A DNA stretch of 64,000 nt from Torpedo marmorata (taxonomy: Eukaryota), in the NCBI GenBank assembly GCA_977017645.1, contig OZ360230.1, positions 61,194,001-61,258,000 on the forward strand. Direction: 5' to 3'. This document shows, piece by piece, positions 42,201 to 51,884 of the stretch. The translations under genes were made by a program, and so were the position numbers. Every line of letters begins with the position of its first letter. Position 1 is the stretch's first letter. The notes under the pieces are model-generated. The model worked only from the letters and a program-made list of their open reading frames with translations. It made no database searches and was not told the DNA's origin.

Positions 42201-45200
42201 GTTATATGAGCAGCAAGGTGATGCGTAAACTGTCAGCAACACCAGTAAAAACACTGCTCGTATACTCGTATACTCTGCACAGTTCTCATCACATCACACC
42301 AAAGATATGATTGCACTGGAGAATGTGTAAGGAACATTGAGAAAGGCATTGCCAGGACGGGAAAGTTGTGGTTATGAGGAAAACATAAATAAACTAGGGC
42401 TGTTTGCAGCGGAGGAGGGTGAAGGTAGCTAATTGAGATCTATCAATATGTTAAGACAATGGACAGGACAAAGAAAAGGACCTCCTCAGTGCAAGAGTCA
42501 TAAGTTTAATGTAACTGGCTAAAAGATGAGAGGCGATATGAAAAAAACATTTCTCCCAGAGGATGGCACAAAACGGAAACTCGCCTACTGCAAGGAGAAT
42601 AGATATTGCTGCAAATACACTCTGCCACAAATAAAAATAACTCCACGTCTTCGGTCCCATAAAGGCATTGAAAGGAGGAGATCCAGTGTGTACTTTACGT
42701 GATTAAGTTGATATACCTAATCGAATCGCCAAGACAAAGACTCCAAATGAGGATATACGATTAATCAACAGGAGCAGGGAGAGGAAGAACAGAAAACATT
42801 CCCTGTCAATGGAATGCTGGTGCTGCAATGAAGCCTTGAAAAGGCGTGATTGGATGTCAGTGCCAGTCAGCGTGGACATTCATTCAGCTCCAAGGAGAAT
42901 AGCAGAAGAAACCTTCAGCACATTGAAACAGTACTAACAGAGTTGTGACTTTCAGGAACTTCCAGAGTTTGGTTGGTCATTTCCAATCACCAGAAGACAC
43001 AATGTGCCTAAAGGCCTCCACCATTTCTTCTCCAAGATTTCTATAAAAGGGATCTCTTGAATATTATTCATGAAGTTTACCTGAGAATGTCCAGAGAGGT
43101 AAAGGTCTACTTCTCCTGCAATCCATCTGTTTCCCTGATTTCCTGACTCAGACCACTTTAGGACTGCTGCCCCTTGATCAACCTGGTAAACGTTCAGCGC
43201 CATGTTTTGAGCTACTCCATACATGTGGTACCAGAATCGCATGCACTGAGCTCCTCTCTTTACACACGGAGCGCTGACCAACTGAGCTCGATCTCCTGGT
43301 TTGCCATCATTGCCTTCAAGGTAAATGTAGTAGCCACCTGCGCACACAAGAAGCTTTATTGCTTACAAAGAAATCAGCTGCACAGTGGCGAGATACGAAT
43401 CTCACATCACCTACCCGCAGTGGTGTGGTCAAACGCTGGTCCTGTATTAAACGATGGCGTCGACCCACTGATGCGTTTCCAGTCCAAAGTATCGGTCTTG
43501 GATTGGTTCCAACGGCACAGGTCACTATCAAAGTTACAATCCAATGCACAACCTGTGGGTTTCGTCAAGACAGGTCAGTTGTGTGAATACACCCAGCCAC
43601 AGGTAGAAATAAGTCCAACATGTCACTTGCACTCTTCAAACAAACTCACATGCAACTCAGGGATACCTACAGGCTTGCGATTTGAAGGGAAACCCTGCTT
43701 TACTGATTTCCCGCATTTCAACATTGATGACATGCAGAAATAAAACAGAGGAAAGGAGTAAGATATCAAACTTACTTTTCTCAAAACAGCCACTCTGCTG
43801 CCTCCAGTCTCCGAGCACAACACCAGCTGCTTCACAGGCTGAAGCATAAGACTCCAGAGTGTTGCACAACTGCACGGAATCTCCGCCGGTGACACAATGA
43901 TCGTAGACACAGCTTGCAAAGTATAGCTGAGGTGGGATATGCCAGTGACAATCTTTAAATGGACCAGGGTTCGCCAAAACAATTTTGCAGTACCTCTCAG
44001 CCTCTTCTTGTGATGGAGAATCGCATGTCGGTGGATCAGGAGCAGTTTGATTACACCTGTGCAACAGAAACAATCTCTCACTTTTTTCAAATGGGAATGG
44101 TCTCTCATTCTACTTTATCCTCTGCAGAGCAGAATGAAGGTTGCAGGAGGGGTAGGGGTCTGGGCGGATAGAAAACACAGGGGCGTCAAATATTAAAGGA
44201 GGCACATGCTTCCTGCACGCAACTGAAAAGACTGAAATACATCCTGAAAGCAACGCTGGAAACAGTTCTTCAGTTCTTCGCCGTGTGCTGATGTCGTTCA
44301 TGAGAACAATACACAGGAGTTGATTTGGAAACCTTCTTGAAATCTCTGCATTGTCCCTACATACCCTCACATCACCCAACCTTACCACTTGCTTTAATTA
44401 TTGCAACAACTATTCTCTCACTCGATGCAAGAAATCTTAGCATTTACATTAACAGAAATACACGACAGAAAAACTCACAGCCAATCATCATCAGCAACCG
44501 CCCAACTGTTTCCAAACTGATTGGAATCCAAGGCTAGAATTCCGTCAGGTTTCAAGAAGTCATCCAGCTGGTCATTGGTGTAGGTCCCGCACAAGCCACA
44601 CAGCTGTCCTTTGTATCTCTCATCCACAACGACAACAAGTTGATGATCTCCGTCAAACTTCACCTGAAGACCAAAGTCCGTCTCCAACAGAACAAAGGAT
44701 CCTTCCAACGTCACTTTCACTGAAGAAATGGGTCTCACAGGGAGCTCAACCCTCACTCCATCAACCTAAGCAAACACATTACCAAGTGAACAAACACAGA
44801 ATCACAAACATCCCAGCTATCGCACATTAAAACATCAAATCAATGCAGAAACATTTGCTCTTCGCTATATAATACTTACATAAACCTTCTTATATTTCCG
44901 CAGTGCAATATGAAGGTTGTCAAGATGCAAGCCAACTGAATTAATGGCAGACCATGTTGGACTACCTCTGTGTTCATTTCTACTTGTCAAAGAAAATCGA
45001 ACAGATGTATTTCCGCAAGTCTCGGTCACCGTATAATTGCAGGCACCCTGGAAGTGGTACAGCTTCCCATCAAATGTTGTATAGTGCGGGTCACCATAGA
45101 TGTGGCAAATTGCTGTGTCTGCGCTGTAACATCCCCAATTGCCGCCCTGCACTTTGCAAATTTCCCCCGCTCCACAAGATCCTGGCTCGCATTCCACTCG

Positions 45201-48200
45201 GTTATTCCCAGTGCAGCGGCACCTTTCTACACATCCGTCTTCCCAGAACATTGCACCTTTCTGACACACAAACAGCAAACATTATTTTCACAATGGCCAC
45301 ATGGTGAAAAGGAAGCAGAACCTTGTTTTCCGAGAAACCAGAGCGCTCCGCAAACCCTTGTCACTCACCTCGTAGTATTTGTTGTTGTGCGTGCAGCCAC
45401 AGTTCTCAACAGGCACACATGAGCTTCCACTCAGGACAAAGCCAGCGTTACACTCACAGTCCTCCACACAAGGTTCACTGCAGTTAGCTGAAGCAGAACG
45501 GTCAGTGCAAGTGGTTGGACAAGCACTGGCACAGGCATTGTAATGACTATTGGCTGGGCACCTGACAGCTGAAAGCAGACAAGGAACAAGATATTTTACA
45601 CTCGAGTTAAAAGTATTCTCTGACACAATCTTGGACAAATCCTCAGACAGGCCAATGTGGCACCAACCACATTTGGAGCTGGCTAACACCTACCACAGAA
45701 AGTGGAGTTCCTCCACGGCAGATTGGTCACTCCTGCGCTTTGGCAGGCATCTGCATAGATTTGCAGGCTATTACACAAAGCCTCTTGGTCTCCATCCAAC
45801 AAGCACAGTTCAACAACGCAACTTTCAAAGATGCCATGGGCGTTGATTACCGAGTGGCAATTTACAAATGGCCCCTGTTGACTGGTGATCAGGCCACAGA
45901 ACTCATCACTTCGGTAGCGGGCCTCGTCAGCGGGCTGACACTCTTCTGCCTCGTCTGGGTCACAACCTGGCTCGTCAGGTGGCACCTTCCAGCTATTTCC
46001 CAGTTCGTTGGAATCTTTCGCTTGCTCTCCATCAGGTTTCATGTAATCATCCTCTCTCATTCCATTGTAGTTACCGCACATACCACAAGTCCGATTAAAG
46101 TACGTGCTCGGCACCTTCACTTCCACTGAGTGATCCGTGTCGTAAGAAACATGCAGGCCAAAGTCAGTGGACAGCACCACGTACCTTCCGCTCCTCCTCA
46201 CACTCACGGCACCTTCAGCAAGCCGAACAGGTAAGGTCGTCCACACTTCATCAACCTGAGCACAAGAGCAAATCCTGCTTTATCCAACATTCTTCCTATC
46301 ACAGCACTGCAACCACGCACTCCGTGCACCAAGCAAACTCCAGCAACAATGCAAACAATCACTGCAATTGACCCATCATTACATTAGGCATCACTTTTCT
46401 GCACATACAGATACATTCAGAACATTTTCTTCTCATTAGGAAACAAACTGGAAATGCTACGAGAATTCAACTCTCCTCCGCTACACTGCACTGTACCTTC
46501 TTACTCACTCATATTTTCAATTACAAAGAACGCACAGCTCACGATTCCAAATTCAGGATTGGTAGAAAGTGCAGGACTCAGCCTGACAGTCACAAGCTTA
46601 CCAATACACGGTGAGGTTCCATCTTGACAATCCAAACCTTGTGGTCACGAACAGCGACCTGAACTTTCTGAACATAAGATACTTTAGGGTTGCCACGGTT
46701 TTCATTTTTTGCTTCAATGTTGAAGTGTGGAAGAGAGGAGGAATTTCCGCACAGCTTGGCTATCGTATAGGTACAGCTACCCATAAAATGGAGCATCGCT
46801 TTGTCAAACGTGTTGTAATGCGGATCATTGTGGATTCTGCAGATTCCGTACGTGTATGGGTAGCAACCAGGGACTCCGTTCACAACTCCACAGTATGAAT
46901 CTCGGGAACACGTTGAATTCGAGCACACCATTTGACTGCCTGCTGAAGGACATCGACACTGAGTTGAACAGGTATCATCGGTCCAGAATTCAGAGCCCAC
47001 TGGGTAGTGCTTTCCTTCAGACCAGCAGCCACACTGTTGTTTTGGCACACATCTGTCATTGTAGAAAAGGTAACCATCGTCACATACACAGCCTTCCACG
47101 CATGGTTGCAAGCAGCTGGATGGAGCACTTGGACTGACACAAGTAGCTGGGCAAGCTGAGCCACACTGCTCATAATGACTATTTGCTCCACATTTTAGGG
47201 CTGTGAAGAGAACCCATAAAGTGACACGTTAATTTCCTATGAAATTCCTTCCATCAACACTCAGCTCAAATTAGATTTTTAAAAAAAATATTTTATTTAA
47301 AATTTTAAATCACAAAATACATAAGTTAAATTGTAAAATTGTCAAAATACATGTGATACATTTTCATCCCCCCTGCCTCCCTCCCCTCCAACCCCTTCTA
47401 ATAAAAAGAAAAAGAAAGAAAAAGATAGTATTAGGAGAATGTCAATCTCAAAAATACATCAATAACTAATTTTATTATGTAGGATAGGTTTGCCAGTCAG
47501 ATCCAATGTCCAGAGATCTTCAAATCCTTAAACCAACAACCTTCATATGAGGGCTCCATATTTTCAAAAAGAAATGATATTTATTACGTAAATTATAAGT
47601 AATTTTTTTCAAGTGGTATACAAGAACGAAGTTGTGCATGCCATCTTTCTAACCCTAAATCTACATCAGATTTCCAAGTAATAGCAATACATTTCTTAGA
47701 AACAGCTAAAGCGATTCGCAAAAATTCTATTTGATACATATTTAATTTCATCTTAATACTAACTCTTTTAATATCTCCAAAAAAAAAATCACATGGTCCA
47801 TTGGGAATGTAATTTTTAATACTTTATCAAAAATTTTTTAACTTTCAACCAAAAATCATAAATTTTTGGACAGAACCATGTAGAATGTACAAAAGAACCT
47901 TCCTCTCTATTACATCTAAAACATAAGCCTGATAATGTCGCGTTAAATTTCTTTAACTTTTTAGGTGTTAAATATAATTGTAAAAAAAAAATATTTTATT
48001 TAAAATTATAAATCACAAAATACATAAGATAAAATTATAAAATTATCAAAATACATGTGATATATTTTCACCCCCCCCTCCCACCCTCACCTCCCTAACC
48101 CTCCCATCCCTACTAATCTAATAAAATAAAATAAAATTTTAAAAAAAGAAAAAAGATAGAATAAGGAGAATGTCAATCTAAAAATACATCTATAAACTAA

Positions 48201-51200
48201 TTCTATTATGGAGGTTAGGTTCGCCAGTAGATCCAATATCCAGAGATTTTCAAATTCTTAAACCAACAACTTTCATATATGGGCTCCAAATTTTTAAAAA
48301 GAAATGATACTTATTACGTAAATTATAAGTAATTTTTTCAAGTGGTATACATGAACGAAGTTCTGCATGCCATCTTTCTAATCCTAAATATAAATCAGAT
48401 TTCCAAGTAATAGCAATACATTTCTTTGAAACAGCTAAAGCAATTTGCAAAAATTCTGTTTGATACATGTTTAATTTCATCTTAATACTAAATTTTCTAA
48501 TATCTCCGAACAAAAATATCATAGGATCCATTGGAAATATAATCTTAAATACTTTATCTAAAAATTGTTTAACTTTCAACCAAAAATCATAAACTTTTGG
48601 ACAAAACCATGTAGAATGTACAAAAGAACCTTCCTCTTTATTACATCTAAAACATAAACCTGATAATGTCGGATTAAATTTCTTTAATTTTTTAGGTGTT
48701 AAATATAATTGATGAAAAAAATTATATTGTACTAATCTATATCTGACATTAATAATCTTCGTCATACTTAATTTACATAATTCTTTCCAATGATTTTCAT
48801 CTATTGTTACATTCAAATCTAATTCCACTTTAGTCTTGATTTATGAATTCCTACTTTAGGAACTTTTCTCTGAAACAATTTATACATTTGAGAGATAAAT
48901 TTATTTACATCTCCTTTAGTAACTAATAATTCTAATTCATTCTGTCTTGGTAAAATCAAACTATAACCTAATTTCCCAACCAAAAATGCTCTAATCTGAT
49001 AATAAGCAAAAAGTGTATTATCCAACACATTAAATTTATCTTTCATTCTTTGAAAAGTAATAAATTTCCCAGCTTCAAAACAGTCATTTATTTTCTTAAT
49101 TCCTTTTAGAAACCAAATTTTAAATAATTGATTATTAATAGTAAATGGAATAAGTTCATTTTGATAAAGAGGCATCTTTGGAGAAATAGATCCTTTACCT
49201 CCTATTTCCTTATCCGTTTTGTTCCATATTTCTAACAAATGTTTAAAGATAGGAGAATTTTTCTTTCTTGTAGATATTAATTTAGAATCCCATTTATAAA
49301 TAACTACTTCTTTAAAATCTTCTCCTATATTATTTAATTCTATTCTAATCCAAGCAGAAGATTTAGTTAAATCAAAAAGCTCATTAACAAATTTTAATTG
49401 AGCTGCTTTATAATAATTTTGAAAATTAGGAAGTTGTAAACCGCCCATTTCATAATTCCAAGTTAATTTTTTTATACCTACCCTTGCCAACTTTCCTTTC
49501 CATAAAAATTTCCTAATAATTGAATTTAAATCTTTAAAACATTTTTGAGGTATTTCATAAGGAATTGATTGGAAAAGATATTGAATTCTTGGAAAAACAT
49601 TCATTTTAATACAATTTACCCTTCCCATTAAAGTTATAGGTAAATCTTTCCAATTTTCTAAATCTTTTTTAATTTTCATAAACAATGGTAGATAATTTAA
49701 TTAGAATGTAAAAATGGTAAATAATTTATATAAATTAGCTAATTTTGTGTCAATCTTTATTCCCAAATATTTAATTCCTTCTTTTGCCCATTTAAATTGT
49801 GTAATTTCTTTACATTTACTATAATCCCCTTGCGTTAATGCCATAATTTCACTTTTGTCAGAATTAATCTTATAGCCAGATATTTCCCCGTATTCTCTCA
49901 ATAAAGCAGTCAATTGTATTAAAGAAGTAATAGGTTTTGTCATATAAATCATTACATCATCTGCAAATAAACTAATTTTATGCTCTTCTCTTCCGATTTT
50001 AATACCTGCAATCTTAATATCTTGTCTAATTAATTCTGCCAAAGGTTCTATTGCTAAAGTAAACAATGCTGGTGACAAAGAACATCCTTGTCTAGTTGAC
50101 CTAGTCAAAGGAAATTTTGAAGAAATTTGTCCATTTGTGACCACTTTAGCAGATGGTTCTTTATATATAGTTTTAATCCAATTAATAAATGTAGTTCCAA
50201 AACAAAATTTCTCCAATACCTTAAATAAATAATTCCACTCTAATCTATCAAAAGCCTTTTCAGCATCTAACGTTAATACTAATGCTAAATCATCCTTCTT
50301 TTTATCCACATTAATTAAACTAATTCATCTAGCTATATTGAAGCATCTGGCAGATCATTCTCAAGCACTTACGGCAAAAGGTCTCATTCCTCCAGCCTTC
50401 CACTTTGGCCCCCTCTGACTGGCACGCATCTCCATACGACTCCAAACTACTGCACAGAGACTCTGTCTCCGTGCCTAATGCGCAAAGGTCGTACACACAA
50501 TCATCAAAATAAACCTCCGGGTCTATTTTGGAGTGGCACTCTTTGAAAGGACCATGCAAATCCATGATTATCCCACAGTACTGGTTACTTTCGATGATTC
50601 GCTTTTCCTCGCTCGTGCAATTTGGCCTGATGCCATCGTCAGGAGTACACCTGGAAAAACAGCAGCATCCCAAATGAGAAATAGGTTAACGCAACAGCAA
50701 AACTCTGCAAGCAAGTAGCACAGTGATGAACGTTAGAGATTTGACAGCTTTCAAAGGAAGGAGAAATTCCCCACAGCTTGGTTACAATGTACCTTGTGTC
50801 ATTTTGAGTCTGCCAGCTGTTGCCCAAGCTGACGGAATCAGGCTCCATTATTCCATCCGGATTCAGAAAATCATCTCTTCTGTCGTCATTATAGTTTCCG
50901 CAGAGTCCACACACCTTGCCCTTGAAAGGACTGGGGAGAGTTACCTCAGCTCGGTGCCTGCCATTAAACTTCACTCGCAATCCAAAACTGGTGGTAATGA
51001 CTACATACTGTCCAGACAGAGCAACGAGAACTTCTGAGGTGACTGACACGGGTAGAACTGCCACTTCCCCATCAACCTGCAAACAGACAAATCACTCATC
51101 AATTGATTCTCCTGCCAACACACATTTCAATGCACCCGATGAAGACGCTTAGCATATCCAACCCTTACCTTTACAACACGCCCTTTTCCGAGCATGATTC

Positions 51201-51413
51201 TGTGATTGAAAACCTCAACCGTGACATGTCTGACGTATGACACGTGGGCATTTCCTGATCTGTGCTCATTTTCAGCTTCAACATTGAAATAGGGCAGTCT
51301 GTCGTTCGTACTGCACAGTTTTGATAAGGTATACGTGCATGTTCCCATAAAGTCGTGAGCTTGCTTATCAAAGCTCATGTAATGAGGATCTCCTTGCACT
51401 ATGCAGGATGATT
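5955..51413 (-). CDS. Giant FCGBP/zonadhesin-like secreted glycoprotein gene, partial: 66 exons in window, 5x[VWD-C8-TIL-E, VWD-C8-TIL-E, VWD-C8, MAM, Thr/Ser linker] plus one further VWD exon
   Basis: Minus-strand ORFs carry GDPHY/NDPHY, CGLCGNYN/CGMCGNYN, C8 (FxxCH..C..D.C...C..L..Y...C), TIL (C.ANSHY..C...CP.TC...C..PC.EGC.C) and MAM motifs. Exons delimited by hand have canonical AG/GT ends and compatible phases. The 5' and 3' ends were not found in the window. The orthology assignment (FCGBP-like vs ZAN-like) needs a phylogeny. Confidence 0.9.
7017..7373 (-). mobile_element. Solo LTR (probably Gypsy-type), 357 bp
   Basis: TGTAGCG...CGCTACA inverted termini; 4-bp TSD gtat (7013-7016 and 7374-7377); CpG-rich; minus-strand TATAAAA at 7146-7152 with upstream CCAAT and GC boxes. 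Confidence 0.85.
7555..9700 (+). mobile_element. 5'-truncated CR1 (HER1-like) LINE, fragmented ORF2
   Basis: DWRMANVVPLFKKG..NPGNYRPVSLTSV, GVPQGSVLGP, KFADDTK, RPHLEYCVQFWS; CR1-type 3' tail ...ggcctgtactgtactgtagggttctacgttcta. Confidence 0.92.
9884..9952 (-). CDS. Unit E exon 13: Thr/Ser-rich linker (EGCGITTTTSISTTASTMMPEHT)
   Basis: 69 nt, cctgcag|AG...ACAG|gtaaag, phase 1-1; not in the ORF track. Confidence 0.8.
9884..17146 (-). CDS. Repeat unit E (5th in transcription order), 13 exons, 1222 aa
   Basis: Exons 16902-17146, 16526-16809, 16106-16383, 15353-15951, 14072-14633, 13747-13946, 13258-13638, 12857-13143, 12154-12434, 11793-11930, 11459-11715, 10166-10250, 9884-9952; lengths sum to 3666 nt. 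Confidence 0.88.
10166..10250 (-). CDS. Unit E exon 12: MAM C-terminus (ILLEAVRGNDYRSDVAVDDISFHVGCCE)
   Basis: 85 nt, ggacag|ATC...GAAG|gttggt; matches the MAM C-terminal EAVRG...D.A.DDI motif. Confidence 0.85.
11459..11715 (-). CDS. Unit E exon 11: MAM core (GYYIYLEG...CMRFWYHMYG...W..SGNQGNRW)
   Basis: 257 nt, canonical splice sites, MAM consensus residues. Confidence 0.9.
11793..11930 (-). CDS. Unit E exon 10: MAM N-terminus (CALDCNFDSDLCRWNQ...TGPAFDHTT)
   Basis: 138 nt, phase 1-1; CxF(D/E)..xCxW and TGP..DHT MAM signature. Confidence 0.9.
12154..12434 (-). CDS. Unit E exon 9: C8 domain 3
   Basis: 281 nt; GPFKDCH...CVYDHC...LCNTLESYASAC...WR. Confidence 0.9.
12857..13143 (-). CDS. Unit E exon 8: VWD3 C-terminal half
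   Basis: 287 nt; VDGVRVELP...LCGLCGTY...FGNSW. Confidence 0.9.
13258..13638 (-). CDS. Unit E exon 7: E/TILa module and VWD3 N-terminal half (YGDPHY)
   Basis: 381 nt, phase 0-0. Confidence 0.9.
13747..13946 (-). CDS. Unit E exon 6: TIL domain
   Basis: 200 nt; CPANSHYNACASACPTTC...CVEDCEC..GFVLSG..CVP...CGC. Confidence 0.9.
14072..14633 (-). CDS. Unit E exon 5: VWD2 C-terminal half and C8 domain 2
   Basis: 562 nt; TCGMCGNYNG...GNSW...GPFVNCH...WRNSTFC. Confidence 0.9.
14856..15210 (+). mobile_element. L1 3'-end remnant in intron 4 of unit E; also at +7906, +15812 and +23716 in units D, C and B
   Basis: ORF2 end YLQIVGINL*, T-rich/G-rich UTR, aataaa and A tail; TSD tcaactctctt at 14845-14855 and 15211-15221; empty site in unit A at ~46467-46477. 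Confidence 0.8.
15353..15951 (-). CDS. Unit E exon 4: TIL, E/TILa and VWD2 N-terminal half (HNDPHY)
   Basis: 599 nt, phase 1 to 0. Confidence 0.9.
16106..16383 (-). CDS. Unit E exon 3: C8 domain 1
   Basis: 278 nt; GPFKGCH...DCVYDLC...WRNETFC. Confidence 0.9.
16526..16809 (-). CDS. Unit E exon 2: VWD1 C-terminal half
   Basis: 284 nt; VDGEV..LP...VCGLCGNYN...LGNSW. Confidence 0.9.
16902..17146 (-). CDS. Unit E exon 1: VWD1 N-terminal half (ESSCIVQGDPHY)
   Basis: 245 nt, ctttcag|AA...AAG|gtaagg. Confidence 0.9.
17696..25052 (-). CDS. Repeat unit D, 13 exons, 1222 aa
   Basis: Exons 24808-25052, 24432-24715, 24012-24289, 23259-23857, 21978-22539, 21653-21852, 21164-21544, 20763-21049, 20060-20340, 19699-19836, 19365-19621, 17970-18054, 17696-17764. 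Confidence 0.88.
25602..32958 (-). CDS. Repeat unit C, 13 exons, 1222 aa
   Basis: Exons 32714-32958, 32338-32621, 31918-32195, 31165-31763, 29884-30445, 29559-29758, 29070-29450, 28669-28955, 27966-28246, 27605-27742, 27271-27527, 25876-25960, 25602-25670 (by offset from the ORF track). Confidence 0.88.
33506..40862 (-). CDS. Repeat unit B, 13 exons, 1222 aa
   Basis: Exons 40618-40862, 40242-40525, 39822-40099, 39069-39667, 37788-38349, 37463-37662, 36974-37354, 36573-36859, 35870-36150, 35509-35646, 35175-35431, 33780-33864, 33506-33574. Confidence 0.88.
41412..51413 (-). CDS. Repeat unit A (first in transcription order), 13 exons, with a 3-kb L1 insertion in intron 3
   Basis: Exons 51169-51413, 50793-51076, 50373-50650, 46602-47200, 45694-46255, 45369-45568, 44880-45260, 44479-44765, 43776-44056, 43415-43552, 43081-43337, 41686-41770, 41412-41480. 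Confidence 0.87.
47278..47980 (-). mobile_element. Short 5'-truncated L1 copy (end of ORF2 plus 3'UTR)
   Basis: Paralogous to 47981-48710; A tail at the left end. Confidence 0.85.
47981..50336 (-). mobile_element. 5'-truncated L1-clade LINE, ORF2 RT to C-terminus with two frameshifts
   Basis: ORFs 49701-50309, 48819-49685 and 48250-48828 closely match 60051-62118. Confidence 0.92.
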
Positions 51414-51524
51414 CTGAAAGTGGAGAAATAAAAAATAATATGTGGAATGTCAGTTAGTAATATACAACCCATTGACAAGGATGTTGACAAGCTATGATTA
51501 AGAGGAAAGTTACAGTGTATTTCA

Positions 51525-51884
51525 CAGGTGAAGGTCAGGGAAGAATAAACTTGTGTATCAAATAATTTTTGCACTAACACCTCCCTCAGCAACTGCCATG
51601 TGCTCTATGAGATAGAGATTTTAAGAAACTGGTAGAAAGCAGAGAGGTCTAATACAATGAATATCTTTCACCCAGAGGGTGGAATTTGGGGATCTGGAAC
51701 GTAATACCTTCCAAAAGTAGTTGGTGCAGGCACAGACCCTCACCAACTTAAAAGGGGATAGAATATGCAGGCAAATTGCTTTGACCTAGAAACCTACAGT
51801 CTTGTAACTGGAACCAGCAATAGGATATGAGGTTGCTTCATTGTTATTTGATACACAAGTTTATTCTTCCCTGACCTTCACCTG
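51525..51884. repeat. Perfect 41-bp inverted repeat (51525-51565 / 51844-51884) at the array boundary
   Basis: caggtgaaggtcagggaagaataaacttgtgtatcaaataa and its reverse complement ttatttgatacacaagtttattcttccctgaccttcacctg. Confidence 0.95.

Larger units (their letters stand above)
9800..51844. repeat. Tandem array of five ~7.9-kb intragenic duplications
   Basis: Unit starts (ccatgaatttctgccattc) at 9800, 17612, 25518, 33422 and 41328. ORF-track offsets are 7906, 7906, 7904 and 7906. Homology ends at 51844. Confidence 0.97.

Noticed and set aside
9845-51152. Many plus-strand ORFs repeated in each unit (e.g. 11552-12121, 13348-13800, 14118-14507)
   Set aside because: Antisense shadows of the Cys-rich exons or intronic chance ORFs; they recur only because the DNA is duplicated.
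5955-51413. Assigning the gene symbol ZAN, FCGBP or TECTA
   Set aside because: Diagnostic termini (IgGFc-binding N-terminal domain, NIDO/ZP, EGF plus transmembrane) are not in the window.
9800-51844. Five separate tandem genes
   Set aside because: No start/signal exon, stop codon or terminal exon between units; exon 13 and exon 1 join in phase 1.
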